Shown one piece after another: positions 59,186 to 64,000 of a stretch of 64,000 bases of DNA. Made by a program: the position numbers and the translations under genes. The stretch lies in NCBI GenBank assembly GCA_938084565.1, contig CALKEU010000013.1, positions 8,987 through 72,986 on the forward strand, read 5' to 3'. The notes beneath the pieces are model-generated. The model made no database searches. It worked only from the letters and a program-made list of their open reading frames with translations, and was not told the origin of the DNA. The first letter of the stretch is position 1; every line of letters begins with the position of its first letter. This DNA comes from Candidatus Kapaibacterium sp. Its GTDB lineage: Bacteria; Bacteroidota; Ignavibacteria; Kapaibacteriales; HRBIN21.

Positions 59186-60024
59186 TGCGGCCTTATCTGC
59201 ATCTCTATCGGCGCTGTGGAAGAGGGTTGTTTCTCTGGAGCATGACCGTTGCGGCAGGCACTGCCATGCTGTTGTTGTGGGGAAGCCTGGGATGGGCAGC
59301 ATGGCAAGTATGGGCTCAGGAATGGCAGCACCTCCGAGTCCAGGTCTTCTGTGACTCAGAAGCTCTCTCTGAGGTAGGGGCACTCCTGCACCAGGCTGAG
59401 TTCCTCGCGAACATTCAGCTCATTTCGCCAGAGCAGGGGTGGCGCGAGCTCCAATCCCTGCTCGATATCCCGAATTTGGAAGGGGTAGATTCACTGTTGC
59501 CGGCGGTGTACACGGGGCAGTTGAAGCCTGACGGGGATCTGAGCCGTATAGAGCATCTCGAGCGGCATGTTCAGCAGCTTCGCGGTGTCCATGCTGTCGT
59601 TGTCCCTCGGGAGCGGGCGGAGTATCTCCATAGGCTGCGGCAGTTGGGCATGGTCGGGTGGTATGGACTCGGGGGTGTAATGGGCCTGCTCTGGGGAGTC
59701 ATAGCCTTCTGCGCGCTGGGGGCGTTCCGTCGGAGAGTAGCCGAGTATGGTGTACTGGTGCTGTTCGGTGTCATGCCTTGGCGGTTACGGGCCTCCCTTC
59801 TCGTGGCGACTTGGATTGCTGCAGTAGTTGGGATCGGGGTTGGGGTGGGGGCCTACGTTGGGGCCTGGTATGGCATGGAGTATGCCATCGGAAGCCTGCC
59901 GAAGGCAGCTAATCTCCTCCCTCGGCTTGGGGCTGAATGGATAAGCCTCTGGGGGATCCTGTGGTGCTTAGGAAATTTCGCACTCTCGGCATTGGTTATC
60001 CCCTCCGCAGTTCGGAGAATGTAA
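59185..60024 (+). CDS. Divergent FtsX-like membrane protein
   Basis: TM1, periplasmic domain with LISPEQGWREL..SLLPAVY (cf. FtsX SxEEA..NPLP), then three TMs with RR..EY.VL.LFG. Confidence 0.55.
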   Translation: MRPYLHLYRRCGRGLFLWSMTVAAGTAMLLLWGSLGWAAWQVWAQEWQHLRVQVFCDSEALSEVGALLHQAEFLANIQLISPEQGWRELQSLLDIPNLEGVDSLLPAVYTGQLKPDGDLSRIEHLERHVQQLRGVHAVVVPRERAEYLHRLRQLGMVGWYGLGGVMGLLWGVIAFCALGAFRRRVAEYGVLVLFGVMPWRLRASLLVATWIAAVVGIGVGVGAYVGAWYGMEYAIGSLPKAANLLPRLGAEWISLWGILWCLGNFALSALVIPSAVRRM

Positions 60025-60133
60025 CACGGTGTGGCTCATATCGGTTTTGTAAATTGCATCTGCTTTGGGAACCTTCCCTGTTCATGGAGGGTTATTCTAG
60101 CGCTCCAAAGTGTCACACTAGGGGTCAAGCGCC

Positions 60134-63100
60134 ATGCGTTCAAACTTTGTCTCTCTCATTGGGCTTTTCGTGGCAGCAGTCGTTGCTGCAGCACAGACAG
60201 TGGTCATCATTGGTACGGGAACGAGCACCAATACTGCGTATTCTTACCCTGCTCCTTATGGAAACTGGTATGGTGGTGCACGGCATCAGATACTAGTGAG
60301 GGCGTCTGAAATCCAGGCAGCGGGGGGATCGGCGGGATATATTACAAGTCTGGGCTTCAACGTGAGCGCAACCAATGGAATTGCTGCCCTGCAGAATTTC
60401 ACCATTAAACTGAAGCATACTACGGCTACGGACGTCACGGGATGGGATCTCAGCGGATGGACTACAGTGTACACAGTGAGCTCCTATACGGTGACTACAG
60501 GGTGGAATGTACACACATTTGCCACCCCCTTTGCGTGGGATGGGACTTCGAACCTCCTCATCGAAGTCTGTTTCAACAACCTGAGCTACACGTACAACGC
60601 TAGTACGTACTACACAACGACTTCGTATACGAGTGTGATCTACTACCGCAGTGACTACGACAACACGGTCTGCGGCGATATGTCCGGGTGTGACTGGTGC
60701 ACGTATACCTCCTCCAACCGTCCTAACATCCGCCTTACTATCCAGGCTGGGGCTCCGAATGATGCGGGCATCACAGCGATCACAGCTCCGGCTGTCCCAT
60801 TTGCTGCCGGGACGCAGAGCATTGCTGTACAGCTTAAAAACTACGGGACGAATACACTCACGAGCGTGACCATTAACTGGTCAGTGAACGGGACACTACA
60901 GACGGCATACAATTGGACAGGTTCGCTGGCAAGCGGGGCGACAACTACGGTGACTATAGGTAACTACACCTTTGCCCCTCGAACGCTCTATACCTTCCGG
61001 GTCTGGACAGCCAATCCAAATGGCGCTTCTGACGGGAATACGGCAAACGACACTCTCACTACCCAGCTCGGGGCAGCGTTGGCAGGAGCCTACACAATCG
61101 GAGGTTCGACACCGGATTTTACTACAGTTGTCCAGGCAGTTGATTATCTCCACAGGGCTGGGGTGCTGGATACAGTTCTTTTCCGCATTCGCAACGGAAC
61201 CTACAGCGGGCAGTTGGCGTTCGGAGCTATTCCGGGAGCAGGATCGGCTAACCGTCGTATCACCTTTGAGGCCGAGTCAGGCGATGCCACTACTGTAGTC
61301 ATCCAGGGCTCGAATACAAGTGCGGCGAACTACGTGGTGGCTCTCAATGGCACAGATTGGCTCACCTTCAGGAACTTGACCTTTACGAGCAATGGAACAA
61401 GCCCATACTATCGGGTAGTCTACCTGACGGGCGGTACAGAGAATATTACCTTTGACGGATGTGTGTTGAACGGTGGTCCTGCGATTTACTGGTACGGGCA
61501 GGAGGATGTGGTATTCTACTCCTCTGGCAATGCCTGTCACAATCTCACAGTGCGCGGCACTACGTTTAACGGGGGAAGTGTGGCTCTGTGGTTGGAATAC
61601 TATGCTGGTCCGCTCCAGGGGATTCAGATCTCAGGCAATACCTTCCAGGACTTCTACTGGGCTGGGGCGCTGATCACGTCTGCGCAGGCAGCACGCATTG
61701 ATAACAATGTCCTGCGAGCGCTCAGTGGGAGTGGATGGAACTATGGGTTGTACCTCTACAATCTGCCTGGGAGCTTCCGAGTTGAGCGGAACGTGATTTC
61801 ACTCGATGGAGGCTATGGGCTTTATCTTGACTGGCGTTCCAGCGCTGAGCCGACTGCGCTAGTTGTTAACAACGCAGTGCAGGTTGGGAGTGGCACGGCG
61901 AACTTCGCAGCGGGTATCTACATCTACTCGGCGAATGTGAATATCTACCACAACACTGTCTACATTGGCTCTAGCGATGCGTCGAGTGTTGCATTCTATG
62001 CTGACGGGTACCAGGGGGTGAGGGTGGTGAACAACATCTTTGTCAACGCAGGCGGTGGATATGCTTACCAGGGTTCTTCGTGGAGCGGCATTATAACCTC
62101 GGATTACAACAATCTCTACACCAGTGGCAGCTACATTGGTCAATGGGGCTGGACCGACTACACAGATTTGGCTGCGTGGCGAGCGGCAACAGGGTTGGAG
62201 GGGAACTCTGTAAGTGTCCTGCCTCCCTTTGCAGCTGATCGGTACCATCTGACGCAGGTGGAGGAGAACCTGTATGGGACCACAGCACTCTTGGCGGTAG
62301 TGTCGGAGGATATCGACGGCGAGCAGCGTCGGAATCCGTACATGGGGAGCGATGAGGTCATACCGGTCATTACTATTGTGCAGCAGCCGCAGGACACGGT
62401 CTACGGGTGCCAAGGATCGGACGTGACGTTTAGCGTGCAGGCTACCATTACCTTCAACGGCACTCTCTCGTACCAGTGGCTTCGCAATGGAGCTCCCATC
62501 CCCGAGGGCTATGACGGGCGGTTCTTTGGGACTACGACGCCTGTGTTGAGGATTTCGAATACCCAAGGTCAGGATGCAGGCAGTTATGCGTGCCTCATCA
62601 CGGGTAATAGCGGGGCAGATCCGGTGCTCTCTGACCTGTCGGAGCTCATCATTGCAGTGCCTCTGACGATTGTAGAGCATCCCACATCGGTGTTGACCTG
62701 TGTGGAGGGAGAAGCCGTTCTCCAGGTCATCGCCGATGGAACAGTTCTGGGCTACCAGTGGCAGAAGATGACGCCGCAGGGGTGGCAGGATATCACGGGT
62801 GCAACCTCTGCGATTTATCGCGTGACGAATGCCGACTATAGCCAGTCAGGGGCTTATCGCTGTCTGGTGTTTGGGACGTGTGGTACCGATACGGTTCCCA
62901 CAGAGGTAGCTATCATCTATGTTGCCGGCCCGACTCAGATTGTTTCTTCTCCTGACACAGTGGTTGTAGCGCTTGGGGGTCGGGCGGAGATGGAGGTAGA
63001 GGCGAACGTTGTGGGGGCGCCGCCGACGTATCAGGCGGAGTATCAGTGGTATCGTGGGGGGGTAGCGTTGGTGGATGGGGGTCGGATCAGTGGGGCGCGG

Positions 63101-64000
63101 TCCTCGCGGTTAGTCATTGAGCCGGTGGAGGCCGGGGACGTTGGGGGGGACTACTGGGTAGAGGTACGTGGGGTATGTGGGGTGGCTGAGCAGCGTGGGT
63201 ATGCGATTGTAGCGCCGGAAGTGCGGATAGTACGGCAGCCGGGAGGGGGGCGGTTTTGTGTTGGGTCGGCTGTGGAGTTATCGGTGGAGGTGGAGCTTGG
63301 GGGTGGGGCGCAGGGGGTTGAGTACCGGTGGCGGCGCAATGGGCAGCCGTTGGTCGATGGGGGCAATGTAAGTGGGGCTAGCAGTGCGCGGTTGCGAATA
63401 GAGCCGATTGGAGTCGGGGATGGTGGGCGGTATGATGTTGTGCTGCGGGTGTATCCGGGAGGGGGGGAGGTAGTGTCGCAGGGGGCTGAGGTCGTGGTAG
63501 TGGAGCCGGTACAGGTAGTACGGCAGCCTGTTGGGGGGCGGTGGTGTGAGGGGCAGACGATGGTTTTGGAGGTAGAGGCACAGGGTGGGGAGCAGTATCA
63601 GTGGTATCGGGATGGGCAGCCGATAGCGGGGGCGGTAGGTCGGCGGTATGAGAAGGTAGCCGAGGCAGGGGACGGGGGTCGGTACTGGTGTGTGGTGAGC
63701 AACGTGTGTGGGGAGGAGCAGACGGCCGAGGTGGTGGTGGAGGTTGTGCGGTTGCCGCGTCTGGTGCGTGATGTTCCGGCGGTGGTGCAAGTTGGGGTAG
63801 GGCAGACGTTGGTGTTGGAGGTTGAGGCCAGTGGGGATGGGATAGGGTATCAGTGGTATCGGGACGGGCAACCGATAGCGGGGGCGGTAGGTCGGCGGTA
63901 TGAGAAGGTGGCCGAGGCAGGGGATGCGGGGGTGTACTGGTGTGTGATTGGCAACGAGTGTGACACGATAGAGAGCGGGCGGGTACGGGTTGATGTTGTC
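60134..64000 (+). CDS. Giant secreted/surface protein, 3'-truncated (at least 1289 aa): N-terminal beta-sandwich, CARDB-like domain, right-handed beta-helix, at least six I-set Ig domains
   Basis: Hand translation from ATG 60134 gives MRSNFVSLIGLFVAAVVAAAQTVVIIGTG.., PFAWDGTSNLLIEVC, NDAGITAI..LKNYG, GAYTIGG, NIYHNTV..VVNNIF..SDYNNLY, and repeated YQW.R.G..D.G.Y.C, with no stop seen to the window end; absent from the supplied track. Confidence 0.9.
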   Translation, partial: MRSNFVSLIGLFVAAVVAAAQTVVIIGTGTSTNTAYSYPAPYGNWYGGARHQILVRASEIQAAGGSAGYITSLGFNVSATNGIAALQNFTIKLKHTTATDVTGWDLSGWTTVYTVSSYTVTTGWNVHTFATPFAWDGTSNLLIEVCFNNLSYTYNASTYYTTTSYTSVIYYRSDYDNTVCGDMSGCDWCTYTSSNRPNIRLTIQAGAPNDAGITAITAPAVPFAAGTQSIAVQLKNYGTNTLTSVTINWSVNGTLQTAYNWTGSLASGATTTVTIGNYTFAPRTLYTFRVWTANPNGASDGNTANDTLTTQLGAALAGAYTIGGSTPDFTTVVQAVDYLHRAGVLDTVLFRIRNGTYSGQLAFGAIPGAGSANRRITFEAESGDATTVVIQGSNTSAANYVVALNGTDWLTFRNLTFTSNGTSPYYRVVYLTGGTENITFDGCVLNGGPAIYWYGQEDVVFYSSGNACHNLTVRGTTFNGGSVALWLEYYAGPLQGIQISGNTFQDFYWAGALITSAQAARIDNNVLRALSGSGWNYGLYLYNLPGSFRVERNVISLDGGYGLYLDWRSSAEPTALVVNNAVQVGSGTANFAAGIYIYSANVNIYHNTVYIGSSDASSVAFYADGYQGVRVVNNIFVNAGGGYAYQGSSWSGIITSDYNNLYTSGSYIGQWGWTDYTDLAAWRAATGLEGNSVSVLPPFAADRYHLTQVEENLYGTTALLAVVSEDIDGEQRRNPYMGSDEVIPVITIVQQPQDTVYGCQGSDVTFSVQATITFNGTLSYQWLRNGAPIPEGYDGRFFGTTTPVLRISNTQGQDAGSYACLITGNSGADPVLSDLSELIIAVPLTIVEHPTSVLTCVEGEAVLQVIADGTVLGYQWQKMTPQGWQDITGATSAIYRVTNADYSQSGAYRCLVFGTCGTDTVPTEVAIIYVAGPTQIVSSPDTVVVALGGRAEMEVEANVVGAPPTYQAEYQWYRGGVALVDGGRISGARSSRLVIEPVEAGDVGGDYWVEVRGVCGVAEQRGYAIVAPEVRIVRQPGGGRFCVGSAVELSVEVELGGGAQGVEYRWRRNGQPLVDGGNVSGASSARLRIEPIGVGDGGRYDVVLRVYPGGGEVVSQGAEVVVVEPVQVVRQPVGGRWCEGQTMVLEVEAQGGEQYQWYRDGQPIAGAVGRRYEKVAEAGDGGRYWCVVSNVCGEEQTAEVVVEVVRLPRLVRDVPAVVQVGVGQTLVLEVEASGDGIGYQWYRDGQPIAGAVGRRYEKVAEAGDAGVYWCVIGNECDTIESGRVRVDVV
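63595..63962 (+). repeat. Direct repeat, period 252 bp (63595-63710 and 63847-63962), encoding the cores of Ig domains 5 and 6
   Basis: First 78 nt are 75/78 identical by hand alignment. Confidence 0.9.

Noticed and set aside
63151-63871. Pro/His/Thr-rich minus-strand ORFs
   Set aside because: They are by-products of the C-rich complement of the G-skewed Ig-domain gene.

Overview
A gene-dense, GC-rich (roughly 60% by eye) bacterial chromosome segment, mostly housekeeping and envelope genes. These include tnaA, dprA, era, pstSCAB-phoU, deoC, mazG, bamD, lysC, mltG, murC, fbaB, rlpA, a tamB-like gene, icd, dapB, an msbA-like gene, a purine nucleoside phosphorylase and three tRNAs. T9SS-type cargo, Omp28, DUF3108/DUF4175/DUF1573-like proteins and recurrent TAnnTTTG promoter elements point to the Bacteroidota/Chlorobiota/Ignavibacteriota group; a thermophilic Candidatus Kapabacteria-like organism is my inference. 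I see no integrase, transposase, CRISPR array or defence gene. The most unusual signal is a giant surface-protein ORF missing from the supplied track (60134 to beyond the window end). Its coding strand switches abruptly near 62965 from balanced G/C to about 50% G and about 10-20% C, inside an array of homologous Ig domains, with G-quadruplex-type runs and a near-identical internal repeat. This may be a recombination or 'constant cassette' module. Other leads are a structured intergenic element before the nucleoside phosphorylase, near-leaderless envelope genes, an LCP protein with altered catalytic residues in a diderm, and an orphan FtsX-like gene coupled to a flippase.
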